The notes beneath the pieces were generated by a model, which saw only the letters and a list, made by a program, of their open reading frames with translations, was not told the DNA's origin and searched no databases. Both the position numbers and the translations under genes were made by a program. This document shows, in pieces, positions 16,851 to 25,006 of a stretch of 32,000 nucleotides of DNA (the stretch's first letter is position 1; each line of letters begins with the position of its first letter). Origin of the DNA: Telmatocola sphagniphila (lineage in GTDB: Bacteria > Planctomycetota > Planctomycetia > Gemmatales > Gemmataceae); assembly GCF_018398935.1 (NCBI RefSeq), contig NZ_CP074694.1:6060001-6092000 (forward strand), in the 5' to 3' direction.

Positions 16851-19574
16851 GTGCTACTTTCGAATAAATTTCAATGGCTGGCTTTCTTAAGCTTGGCTTT
16901 AATCTGCGCGGGGCTGCGAAACGGGGCCTCCGCACAGGAATTGACCAAGGTCGGAACGGTGGAAGGCATTACCGAATACAAGATGGCCAACGGCCTTCAG
17001 GTTCTGCTGCTGCCCGACCCCAGCGAAGCCAAAGTAACGGTGAACATCACTATTCTGGTCGGTAGCCGGCATGAAGGATTGGGTGAAACCGGGATGGCTC
17101 ACCTGCTCGAACATATGGTGTTCAAAGGCACGCCGACGTTCCCCAACGTACCCAAGTCCCTGTCCGAGCATGGGGCCGATTTCAACGGAACCACCTGGCT
17201 GGATCGTACCAACTACTTCGAAACCATGCCCGCCAGTAACGACAACCTGGAATTCGGCATTCAACTCGAGGCCGACCGACTGGTGAACAGCAACGTCAAA
17301 CGCGAAGACCTGGTTAGTGAAATGACCGTGGTTCGCAACGAATTCGAGATGGGGGAGAACAATCCCGAAGCCATTCTCAGCCAGCGGATGAATGCCGTCG
17401 CTTACGAATGGCACAACTATGGGAAATCGACCATCGGCAATCGATCGGATATCGAGCGGGTACCCGTCGAAAATCTGCAGCAGTTTTACAAGAAGTACTA
17501 TCAGCCCGATAACGCCGTGCTGATTGTCGCCGGGAAATTCGACGAGAAGAAGGCGCTCGAACTCATCGGCAAATATTTCGGCAAGTTGAAAAAGCCGACT
17601 CGCGTGCTACCGAAAACCTATTCGGAAGAACCGGCCCAGGACGGCGAGCGAATTGCCGTGCTTCGCCGCGTCGGTAAGGTCGGCGCTGCCGGTCTGCTCT
17701 ACCACATTCCGGCGTTCGTTCACCCCGATTATCCGGTTATTGAGCTCCTCGAGGATGTACTGAGCCGCGACTCCGGCCGTTTGCACAAAGCCTTGATTGA
17801 CACCAAGCTGGCCACCACTTTGAACGGGACCAGCTACGGTCTGCACGATCCGGGCTATCTCGAAGAGTTCTGCAAATGCACTCCCCAGAATGTGGACAAG
17901 GTGCTCGATACCATGGTCAACGTGGTCGAGGGTATCGCCCAGCAGCCGATCACGGAAGAAGAACTGAAAATCTCCAAGCAGCGCTTCACCAAATTCAACG
18001 AGCAACTCGTCAGCAAGACTAGCAATTTCGCCATTCGATTGAGCGAAGCGGCCGCCTGCGGCGATTATCGTCTCTTCTTTTTGCATCGCGATCGGGCCGA
18101 GCAAGTGACTCTCGAAGATATCAATCGCGTGGCCAAAACCTATCTGATTCGCAGCAATCGAACGATGGGCAAGTACTATCCCACGGCCAAGCCGGAACGG
18201 GCCAAGATCCCGGCGACACCTGAGATCGCTACCGTTCTGAAAGATTACAAGGGTCGAGCCGCGATGACACTCGGCGAGGCTTTCATCCCCACTCCCGAAA
18301 ATATCGAAAAGCGCGTGGTGCGCGGCCAGATCGATTCGATTAAGACCGCTTTCATTACCAAGAAAACCAAGGGGGAAGTCGTCGATCTGCACCTGAACCT
18401 TCGCTTCGGCAACGAGGAAACACTGAAAGGGAAGAACAAGTCGATCGACCTGCTCGGCGACCTGCTGATGCGCGGCACGGCTACAAAAACCCGCAAACAG
18501 ATTCAGGACGAGTTGGATGCCCTGGGAAGTAATCTTTCTGTCGGGGCCGATCTGGGCCTGTTGACCGTTTCCATCCACAGCAAGAAATCCAAATTGTTGC
18601 CAACCCTGGCGATTCTCGAAGATGTGCTGCGGCATCCCGGATTCAACGTCGAGGAATTCGAGCTCCTGAAGAACGAATATCGGGAACGATTAACGAAGGG
18701 CAAAACCGATCCGCAGGCTCTTGCCATGCGGGAGATGCGCCGTCGGTTGAATCCGTTCCCGAAGGACAATATTCGCTACACGCCGACCGTTGATGAAGAA
18801 CTGGAACGGCTGGATTCCACCACCCTGGAGAGTTTGAAGGAAATTTACAGTCAGTTCTCGGCCCAGACGGGGGAACTGGCGATTGTCGGGGATTTCGAGC
18901 CCGAAGTCGTACAGCCCGCGATCAAGAAATTGATTCTGGGTTGGACCACGACCGTTGCGTACAAGCGCGTGGAGCGACCGGCGGTCAAGGATATCCTCAG
19001 CGGCAAAGAAGTGATCAATACACCCGATAAGGAAAACGCGGTCTATCTGGCTGGGTTGAGCTTCCCGATGACCGATTCCGACCCGCAATATCCGGCTATG
19101 CGCATCGGGAATTTCATCCTGGGCGAAGCGCCGTTGGCCAGCCGCATCAGCGTCCGCGTTCGCGGTGAAAAAGGCCTGTCCTACGGAGCAGGTTCCTTCA
19201 CCTCGTCCAGTCCGAAGGATAAAAATTCCAGCTTCACCATGTATGCCATCACCAACCCTAACAACATGGGCAAGGTGAATGCAACCATTGCCGAGGAATT
19301 GAATAAGTTCCTTAAAGAAGGCTTGTCGCTGGATGAATTGGATAAAGGGAAGGCTTCGCTTTTGGAAAGCATGAAACTGCAGCATGCCGACGATAACGTC
19401 CTGGCGAACGATCTGGCCAACGGTTTGTTCCTGGGCCGAACCTTCGATTACTACAAGAATCTCGAAAAGCAGATTCAGGACGTGAAGGCCGAAGAGGTCC
19501 AAAAGGCCTTCCAGGAAAACGTGAAACCCGAACGGCTGATCATTATCGAGGCCGGCGATTTCAAAAAGAAATAG
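16851..19574 (+). CDS. Secreted M16 (pitrilysin/insulinase) family zinc metallopeptidase, two tandem M16 halves
   Basis: It has the inverted zinc motif HLLEHMVFKGT, the downstream E of the family (NEFEMGE) and a signal peptide ending ASAQE. The 907-aa length fits a fused active plus inactive M16 pair. The GTG start at 16851 is preceded by AAGGAG (16840-16845). Confidence 0.9.
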   Translation: MLLSNKFQWLAFLSLALICAGLRNGASAQELTKVGTVEGITEYKMANGLQVLLLPDPSEAKVTVNITILVGSRHEGLGETGMAHLLEHMVFKGTPTFPNVPKSLSEHGADFNGTTWLDRTNYFETMPASNDNLEFGIQLEADRLVNSNVKREDLVSEMTVVRNEFEMGENNPEAILSQRMNAVAYEWHNYGKSTIGNRSDIERVPVENLQQFYKKYYQPDNAVLIVAGKFDEKKALELIGKYFGKLKKPTRVLPKTYSEEPAQDGERIAVLRRVGKVGAAGLLYHIPAFVHPDYPVIELLEDVLSRDSGRLHKALIDTKLATTLNGTSYGLHDPGYLEEFCKCTPQNVDKVLDTMVNVVEGIAQQPITEEELKISKQRFTKFNEQLVSKTSNFAIRLSEAAACGDYRLFFLHRDRAEQVTLEDINRVAKTYLIRSNRTMGKYYPTAKPERAKIPATPEIATVLKDYKGRAAMTLGEAFIPTPENIEKRVVRGQIDSIKTAFITKKTKGEVVDLHLNLRFGNEETLKGKNKSIDLLGDLLMRGTATKTRKQIQDELDALGSNLSVGADLGLLTVSIHSKKSKLLPTLAILEDVLRHPGFNVEEFELLKNEYRERLTKGKTDPQALAMREMRRRLNPFPKDNIRYTPTVDEELERLDSTTLESLKEIYSQFSAQTGELAIVGDFEPEVVQPAIKKLILGWTTTVAYKRVERPAVKDILSGKEVINTPDKENAVYLAGLSFPMTDSDPQYPAMRIGNFILGEAPLASRISVRVRGEKGLSYGAGSFTSSSPKDKNSSFTMYAITNPNNMGKVNATIAEELNKFLKEGLSLDELDKGKASLLESMKLQHADDNVLANDLANGLFLGRTFDYYKNLEKQIQDVKAEEVQKAFQENVKPERLIIIEAGDFKKK

Positions 19575-19585
19575 GAAAGTTCCAA

Positions 19586-19649
19586 GGAAGAACCCGACTC
19601 CGAAACTGAGCTATTTGGTTTCAACTTAAAGGGTTCTTCCTGTCTTTTT
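19586..19649 (+). terminator. Putative terminator of the M16 peptidase gene
   Basis: GGAAGAACCC (19586-19595) pairs perfectly with GGGTTCTTCC (19631-19640), with an inner GAAAC/GTTTC pairing, followed by tgtcTTTTTc. The loop is long, so confidence is moderate. Confidence 0.5.
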
Positions 19650-19756
19650 CACTCGAATCTGGATGAGATTTTACAAATTCCCCTACGTACCCTACCCGTT
19701 TACCAGAACACGGGTTAGGCTTTAGGGTACACTCCCTCTCTTCCGGAGAAGCAATT

Positions 19757-20470
19757 ATGTTGCTCCTCACCTTGGCTATGTTATTGGTTATCTCCCCTGT
19801 TTCGCGCGCTGCCGAATCGGGGTTCATTGACAAGACTTTCAAAAACGCGGATGGTACAGAATCCAAATACGTGGTATTCGTGCCGCACGACCTGAAGCCG
19901 GATGCTCATCCGCCGATTATTCTTTCGTTGCATGGTTCGGGAGAAACCAAGGGTGGTAGCAAGATGCCGGTGGAAGTGGGGATCGGTACCGCCATTAAGA
20001 AGCGGGAAAAGACTTTCCCCTTTGTGGTGGTGATTCCCCAATCGGAAAAGCGAACCTGGCAGGCGACCAGCGAGGACGGCCAGCGGGCTTTGAAAATGCT
20101 GGAAGCAACTGAAAAAGAATACAAAACCGATCCGAAACGGGTCTACCTGACCGGTCTTTCGATGGGCGGATACGGAACCTGGAGTATTGCGGCCAAGTAT
20201 CCCGATCGCTGGGCGGCCATCGTGCCGATCTGCGGTGGCGGCGATCCCAAGAACGCGGAAGCGATCTGTAAGATTCCCTGCTGGTGCTTCCACGGCGATA
20301 AAGACGCCGCCGTGAAGGTGGAACGATCCCGGGAGATGATCGAAGCATTGAAGAAAGCGGGCGGCGAACCGAAATATACCGAGTATCCCGGTATCGGTCA
20401 TAACAGCTGGGACAAGGCGTACGATACTGACGAACTCTACGTTTGGTTGTCGAAGCAGAGCAAGAAGTAG
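19757..20470 (+). CDS. Secreted alpha/beta-hydrolase (carboxylesterase / PHB-depolymerase-like predicted peptidase family)
   Basis: It has a signal peptide (MLLLTLAMLLVISPVSRA), an oxyanion-region LHGSGE and the nucleophile elbow GLSMGG. The acid and His regions are FHGDKDAAV and GIGHNSW. Confidence 0.8.
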   Translation: MLLLTLAMLLVISPVSRAAESGFIDKTFKNADGTESKYVVFVPHDLKPDAHPPIILSLHGSGETKGGSKMPVEVGIGTAIKKREKTFPFVVVIPQSEKRTWQATSEDGQRALKMLEATEKEYKTDPKRVYLTGLSMGGYGTWSIAAKYPDRWAAIVPICGGGDPKNAEAICKIPCWCFHGDKDAAVKVERSREMIEALKKAGGEPKYTEYPGIGHNSWDKAYDTDELYVWLSKQSKK

Positions 20471-20485
20471 TGCGGGTAAAGCGAA

Positions 20486-20890
20486 ATGATCGAACTGCCC
20501 ACATTCGAGCAGATTGGAAAAACGATAGGAGCATTGATCCAGACCGATGGGAAAATAACGGTGCTAGTGAGCGGTTATGAAGGGCCAGGAAAAGGAGTTC
20601 GCGGTATTCCCAAGATGAATGGGCTCATAAAGGCGCATGTGGAAGCTCAGGCCGCCGTGCTTATGCGAATGCGGAATCTTTCGCAAGCTACCTTGAGAAT
20701 CAATCGCGTACCTTGTCCAACGATGAATGTGAAAGTGCTGGGTTGCGACGAAGCGTTGCCTCACATGTTGCCGGAATCAGCGAGTTTGACTGTTATCGGT
20801 CCGGACGAGTTTTCGAGAGAATATATTGGGAAAATGGATCCTCCTCGAACGAGAATTCAAGGTCTTGAGGGAGCGATTGAATTTGCATGA
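20486..20890 (+). CDS. Stand-alone SCP1.201/DddA-like nucleic-acid (cytidine) deaminase toxin domain
   Basis: A 134-aa ORF. AHVEAQAAVLMRMRNLSQATLRINRVPCPTMNVKVLGCDEALPHMLPESASLTVIGP parallels the DddA toxin core as I recall it (GHVEGQSALFMRDNGISEGLVFHNNPEGTCGFCVNMTETLLPENAKMTVVPP). That includes the HxE zinc/catalytic motif (H51/E53, nt 20636-20644), the Cys ligands C77 and C87, and the LP..LP...L.V tail. Upstream, SGxxGP (VSGYEGPG) also matches. No signal peptide or N-terminal trafficking domain is present. Confidence 0.75.
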   Translation: MIELPTFEQIGKTIGALIQTDGKITVLVSGYEGPGKGVRGIPKMNGLIKAHVEAQAAVLMRMRNLSQATLRINRVPCPTMNVKVLGCDEALPHMLPESASLTVIGPDEFSREYIGKMDPPRTRIQGLEGAIEFA

Positions 20891-21330
20891 CAATCGAAAC
20901 ATCTACCAAAGTCTGGGCTTTTCACAATTCGAACTCCGACGAGAAGGCGGAGTTGGATAATATCGATGATCTTTGGGATCATCTGGATAACTTTCGAAAA
21001 CGCTATTCGAATTCAGTTGGTATCTTGATCGCTCCGGATGGGCAGCACTTGAATCTCGGTCGTTCGAATGTTATGAACGACTACACCGTACTACCGCAGG
21101 AATTGGGATACGTCGAACATTGTCCCGCCGACGGGAATCCACCGTATCTAGCACCGGTAGAAGATCCTTCAATCAGTATCGGAGATGGAATACTGGTTTT
21201 CCGATATGCGGATGAATTATCTGAAATACCGCGTCGTTATTGCGTGAAGCTATCGAAAATGAAAGAAATTGTACGTCATTTTATGGCGACGAACCGATTG
21301 CCCGACTGGATAATGTGGGAACAGATTTAA
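20887..21330 (+). CDS. Putative cognate immunity protein (Imm1-like)
   Basis: The start ATG overlaps the toxin stop (ATGA at 20887-20890). It is a 147-aa acidic cytoplasmic protein whose C-terminus (IVRHFMATNRLPDWIMWEQI) resembles the conserved Trp-containing end of the Imm1 family associated with deaminase toxins (Pfam PF14430, from memory). Position and size fit polymorphic-toxin immunity genes. Confidence 0.55.
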   Translation: MTIETSTKVWAFHNSNSDEKAELDNIDDLWDHLDNFRKRYSNSVGILIAPDGQHLNLGRSNVMNDYTVLPQELGYVEHCPADGNPPYLAPVEDPSISIGDGILVFRYADELSEIPRRYCVKLSKMKEIVRHFMATNRLPDWIMWEQI

Positions 21331-21357
21331 AGCGATCACTTAATTGGGAGTTTTAAT

Positions 21358-22926
21358 ATGAGTGAACTGGATCGACGCGGTTTTATAGCCGCAGCTTCTG
21401 TCGCCGGCACGGCGATGGCCATGACCGCGAAGAGCTACGCCAATGTGCTGGGCTCCAACGGCAAAATCAACGTCGGCTTCCTCGGTGTCGGCGGACGATG
21501 CCAGCAGCACATCGACGTCGTCCTCGACATGAAGGAAGAAGGCAAGGACGTCGAACCCTTCGCCGTCTGCGATGTGTGGGACGGCGATGAGACCCTGGGC
21601 AATCGCAGCAATCCGAAACACAAAGACAAACGCAAAGGGCGCGGCCTTTATCCTTCGGCCAAGACCTGCGGCATCGATGCCAACGACAAGACCCGTGTGA
21701 CGAAGGATTATCGCAAAATCCTCGAAAATAAAGACGTCGACGTCGTCTGCATCGCCGCTCCCGACCACTGGCATGCTCGCATGGCCATTGACGGCTTGAA
21801 TGCCGGCAAGCACGTCTACTGCGAAAAGCCGATGACCCGAACGGTCAACGAAGCCTGGGAACTTTACAACACCTGGAAGAAGACCGGACAGGTTATGACC
21901 GTCGGCGTGCAGTCGATGGCCGACCCGACCTGGCTTGAAGCTTACAAGTACATTCAAGCTGGGAACTTGGGACATATCTTCCAGGGCCAGACCAGCTACT
22001 ATCGCAACTCCGATGTCGGCCAGTGGCGTTATTATCCCCTCCGTAAGGAAATGACCCCCAAGACCATCGATTGGGATATGTGGCTGGGAACCGGATTCGA
22101 ATGTGCCGGTCAGAAGATTGGCCCAACAGCCAAAGAAATGCCATTCGACCGAGCCGTGTGGGCTCAGTGGCGCTGCTACTGGCCGTTCGGCGGCGGTATG
22201 TTCACCGACCTGTTCGTTCACCAGACGACTCACCTGCTGGCCGCCATGGGTCTGCGGGAACCGGCTCGCGTGGTCGGCGCGGGCGGGATCTACTTCGAAT
22301 ACGACGGCCGGGACGTTCCTGACGTCGCGACGGTGGTAGCCGATTACATCGAAGGTGCTCAGGTCATCATTTCCGCGACGATGTGCAATGGCACCCAACT
22401 GGGTGAAGTCATCCGCGGTAAATTGGCGACCATTAAATTTGGCGATAACATCGGCGGCGACTACGTCTCCGGTTTCGACGTCTTCGGTGAAGCGGTGGCC
22501 GGTGGGGCCGCCAAACCGACTGGCGGCTACAAGGAGCCTATCCACTCCTATAAGAGCCCGTTTGTCGGCAAGCAGGGCCTCAACGCCACTTACAATCTCT
22601 GGGCGAACTTCCTGGAGTGCGTCAAGGCTCGCAAGCAGGAAACCCTGTCCACGCCGTTCCTGGGGGCTTCGGCCTTTACCACGGTCAACCTGGGCGTGCA
22701 GTCTTACCGCAAGGGCAAGGCTTACATGTTCGATAAGGAATCGCATCTGGCCAAGGATGCGGACTCCAGCTGGGCCGACAAGTGGGAAGCTCGCTCGAAA
22801 CAGCGCGGCAAGCCGAACAATATCATTGGCTGGGCCGGGGGCGACAAGGGTTGCTCGCTGCATCCGCCGGAATACCAGAAGCTGGAAGGCCCCTGGGTTG
22901 ATGGCAAAGATCCTGCCGCAGGTTGA
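21358..22926 (+). CDS. Gfo/Idh/MocA-family oxidoreductase with a Tat signal (paralog of 25007..26473)
   Basis: It has a Tat motif (DRRGFIAAASVAGTAMA), a Rossmann start (VGFLGVGGR) and APDHWHARMAIDGLNAGKHVYCEKPMT. It shares long colinear strings with the 25007 gene (RVTKDYR, MPFDRA.WAQWRCY, PPEY.KL.G.W..G.DPA). The antisense 507-aa ORF 21340..22863 is treated as a shadow. Confidence 0.85.
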   Translation: MSELDRRGFIAAASVAGTAMAMTAKSYANVLGSNGKINVGFLGVGGRCQQHIDVVLDMKEEGKDVEPFAVCDVWDGDETLGNRSNPKHKDKRKGRGLYPSAKTCGIDANDKTRVTKDYRKILENKDVDVVCIAAPDHWHARMAIDGLNAGKHVYCEKPMTRTVNEAWELYNTWKKTGQVMTVGVQSMADPTWLEAYKYIQAGNLGHIFQGQTSYYRNSDVGQWRYYPLRKEMTPKTIDWDMWLGTGFECAGQKIGPTAKEMPFDRAVWAQWRCYWPFGGGMFTDLFVHQTTHLLAAMGLREPARVVGAGGIYFEYDGRDVPDVATVVADYIEGAQVIISATMCNGTQLGEVIRGKLATIKFGDNIGGDYVSGFDVFGEAVAGGAAKPTGGYKEPIHSYKSPFVGKQGLNATYNLWANFLECVKARKQETLSTPFLGASAFTTVNLGVQSYRKGKAYMFDKESHLAKDADSSWADKWEARSKQRGKPNNIIGWAGGDKGCSLHPPEYQKLEGPWVDGKDPAAG

Positions 22927-22955
22927 TAAATTGTTAAAAATCTAAAATGCAAAAC

Positions 22956-22988
22956 AGGCGTTCTGAGTTTTCAGGACGCCTATTTTGT
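22956..22988. terminator. Bidirectional rho-independent terminator
   Basis: AGGCGTTCTGA (22956-22966) pairs with TCAGGACGCCT (22971-22981). That is 11 bp with one G-U wobble and a GTTT loop. The hairpin is followed by ATTTTGTT on the plus strand and by GTTTTGCATTTT on the minus strand. It sits between the convergent ends at 22926 (+) and 22988 (-). Confidence 0.8.
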
Positions 22989-23173
22989 TAATACCATCTG
23001 AAGTAGATAACCAAACCAATGGCGAGAGCCAGCATGATCACCAGCCACATCGTGCCCATTTTTCGAACCAGCGAGTAAATCCCCGCATTGATCGCCGTGC
23101 GAACCAGGGATTTCAAAAAATTCTGCAGCTTGGGATCATCAGCATCGAATTTGGACATGGACCGCTCCTCCAA
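22988..23173 (-). CDS. Small (56-61 aa) single-pass membrane protein, hypothetical
   Basis: The ORF lies 40 nt downstream of the glycosyltransferase gene on the same strand, and the shared terminator comes only after it. It has a C-terminal hydrophobic helix (MWLVIMLALAIGLVIYF). An alternative start is M6 (23158). There is no homology support. Confidence 0.4.
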   Translation of the reverse strand: MEERSMSKFDADDPKLQNFLKSLVRTAINAGIYSLVRKMGTMWLVIMLALAIGLVIYFRWY

Positions 23174-23213
23174 TCAGCTTGTTGCCGCTGCCTATCTTGC
23201 CTCGATTTCACTG

Positions 23214-24875
23214 TTATTGCAACTCCAATAGCAGTAGCTTCAGCCCGTGCTGAACGGCGGTTTCCCATTCGTGGCTCTTCTCCTCGGCCAGAATTCGGTA
23301 GGGATACTTCAAATCGGAAAGCTTTTTGCGGGGAATGATGAGCCATTTAGGCTGGCGATTTTTCAGCAGTTCCTCTAGTTCCTCCGGCACATCGGCATCC
23401 GGGATCGGATGATCCAATTTCAGATCGAAGACGATGTCCCGAGAGGAGTACAAGACCAGCCGATCTGGCTCGTCTTCAATGGTTTTTCGAACCTCCTGCG
23501 CCAGTGTCTTACGGCCCCGTTCCTCCTCGAACTGCGGTAGTGCGAAAAGAAACAGATACCCCAGACCCAGGTAAAGTACTCCGGTCAGCCAAACCATGAT
23601 CGTTCGCCGTTTGAACAGCAGAAAGATTCCCACCACTACGCTGAGCGCCCAGCCGATCCCGAACAGAGCTTGCATCGGCAACTCGGGAAGTTGGTTATAG
23701 GGCGCCTTCACATAATCGCGCCAGGGCAGCAGCACGGCCCCGGCCAAAAGCACCACGATTGAAAAGAGAAGGATGCCGATACGTTTCATAATCCGCACGG
23801 CGGGGCTCAGAAGTGGCTCAGGTGTGGCAAAAAACCGGGCTGACATCAACGCAGCGGCCGGTAATATCGGCAGGAGATAGTAGCTCCGCCTCGATGCGGA
23901 GAGAGTGAAGAAAATGAATATCGTCCAGAAATAGCACTTGGTGAGTAAATCGGATTCCGCTTGCCGACTATCGGAATCCGAACGTCGATGAATCTGCCAG
24001 AGCCCGGGAATTAAAAAGAGCGACCAGGGAGCGAAGATGACGAAAATCACCCCCACGTACAGATAGATCGGCCCCGTGTGGTTGTGCGGCGAAAAGAATC
24101 GTTTGAGGTTTTCGCGATAGAGCAGAGCCAGGCCATCGCTCTGCGGATTCTGCATCGAGGAAATCATGAAGGGCGTAAGAAAAATGGCCAAGCCGAGCGG
24201 AAAAGTGAGGAAAGTGGCCCTATTCCAAAACCAGGGATTAATGCATTGAAAAGAGAGATATTTTCGCCACCCGGTTCTCGTCGTGGTTTTGATTTCGGAA
24301 ACAAAGTGGTGTACCAGAAGCAAAAGGCCAGGCAGAGCGAAGCCGAGTAACCCCTTGGTCTGCGAAGTGCAGGCCATAATCACCCAGAGTAATACGATTT
24401 TCCAGAACCGCGGCTGGTGAGGATTCCAGGCATAGAGCATGTAGGCGAGTAAAACTCCGGTCAGTGTTTCCAGATCGGCGGTCGCCCGGCGGGAATAAAA
24501 AACGAAACCATAACTGGTGGCCAAAATCACGCCGGCCCAAATGGCCGTGCGTTCATCGTAGAGTCGACGGGCGAGCAACATTACAATGACCAAGCTGATC
24601 AACCCGCTGATTGCCGCGGGAAGGCGGGCGGCCAGTTCGTTCACTTCGCCGGGGATTTTTGCGGCCGCCAGAACCAGCCAGTAGGAGCCGAGCGGTTTGT
24701 CGTAGTAGAGCTTTCCGTCGATCGTCGGCCAGAAATAATTACCAGTGAGGTCCATTTCCCGAGCCACTTCGGCCCAGCGCAATTCCTCGGAAATCACGCC
24801 CCGATCACCCAGCCGGCCTAGGTAGAGCACGGCGGAAAGTGCGACTATTCCGATTACTATCCCTGCAAATTTCAT
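23214..24875 (-). CDS. ArnT/PMT-like polytopic membrane glycosyltransferase (GT39/GT83-type)
   Basis: A 553-aa protein with many TM helices. The N-terminal signature EELRWAEVAREMDLTGNYFWPTIDGKLYYDKPLGSYW matches the first periplasmic loop of ArnT / dolichyl-phosphate-mannose transferase-like enzymes (E.RYA...EM....W..P.......KPPL.YW). Confidence 0.8.
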   Translation of the reverse strand: MKFAGIVIGIVALSAVLYLGRLGDRGVISEELRWAEVAREMDLTGNYFWPTIDGKLYYDKPLGSYWLVLAAAKIPGEVNELAARLPAAISGLISLVIVMLLARRLYDERTAIWAGVILATSYGFVFYSRRATADLETLTGVLLAYMLYAWNPHQPRFWKIVLLWVIMACTSQTKGLLGFALPGLLLLVHHFVSEIKTTTRTGWRKYLSFQCINPWFWNRATFLTFPLGLAIFLTPFMISSMQNPQSDGLALLYRENLKRFFSPHNHTGPIYLYVGVIFVIFAPWSLFLIPGLWQIHRRSDSDSRQAESDLLTKCYFWTIFIFFTLSASRRSYYLLPILPAAALMSARFFATPEPLLSPAVRIMKRIGILLFSIVVLLAGAVLLPWRDYVKAPYNQLPELPMQALFGIGWALSVVVGIFLLFKRRTIMVWLTGVLYLGLGYLFLFALPQFEEERGRKTLAQEVRKTIEDEPDRLVLYSSRDIVFDLKLDHPIPDADVPEELEELLKNRQPKWLIIPRKKLSDLKYPYRILAEEKSHEWETAVQHGLKLLLLELQ

Positions 24876-25006
24876 GGGAATCCGATCCCTAGCGGAACTT
24901 GAGTGAGCGAGGTTTCGTCAATGAAAGTATGCTACGAAACCGATTAAAGCCTGAAAGAGGCTCCAAAAAACGATACAAGCTTCGTTTCATCAATTAAAAT
25001 AAAATT

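Larger units (their letters stand above)
20477..21335. other. Low-GC two-gene islet bounded by the 8-bp direct repeat TAAAGCGA
   Basis: TAAAGCGA occurs at 20477-20484 (in the 15-bp gap before the toxin start) and at 21328-21335 (overlapping the immunity stop codon). Hand counts of 100-nt samples gave about 48 G+C at the toxin 5' end and about 43 at the immunity 5' end. The same count gave about 60 at the start of the downstream oxidoreductase gene. Confidence 0.5.

Noticed and set aside
17607-19502. Minus-strand ORFs of 342 aa and 270 aa opposite the M16 peptidase gene
   Set aside because: These are antisense shadows. The plus-strand product has the HxxEH zinc motif and a signal peptide.
19757-20890. 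Possible esterase-deaminase fusion by stop-codon read-through, since both ORFs are in the same frame
   Set aside because: Two in-frame stops (TAG 20468-20470, TAA 20477-20479) separate them. The composition changes at the junction, and sharing a frame has a one-in-three chance expectation.
21340-22863. A 507-aa ORF antisense to the oxidoreductase gene
   Set aside because: This is a shadow ORF of a GC-rich gene. Its composition is Ala/Gly/Arg/Val-rich with no recognisable motif. The sense-strand product has a Tat signal, a Rossmann motif and a close paralog in the window.
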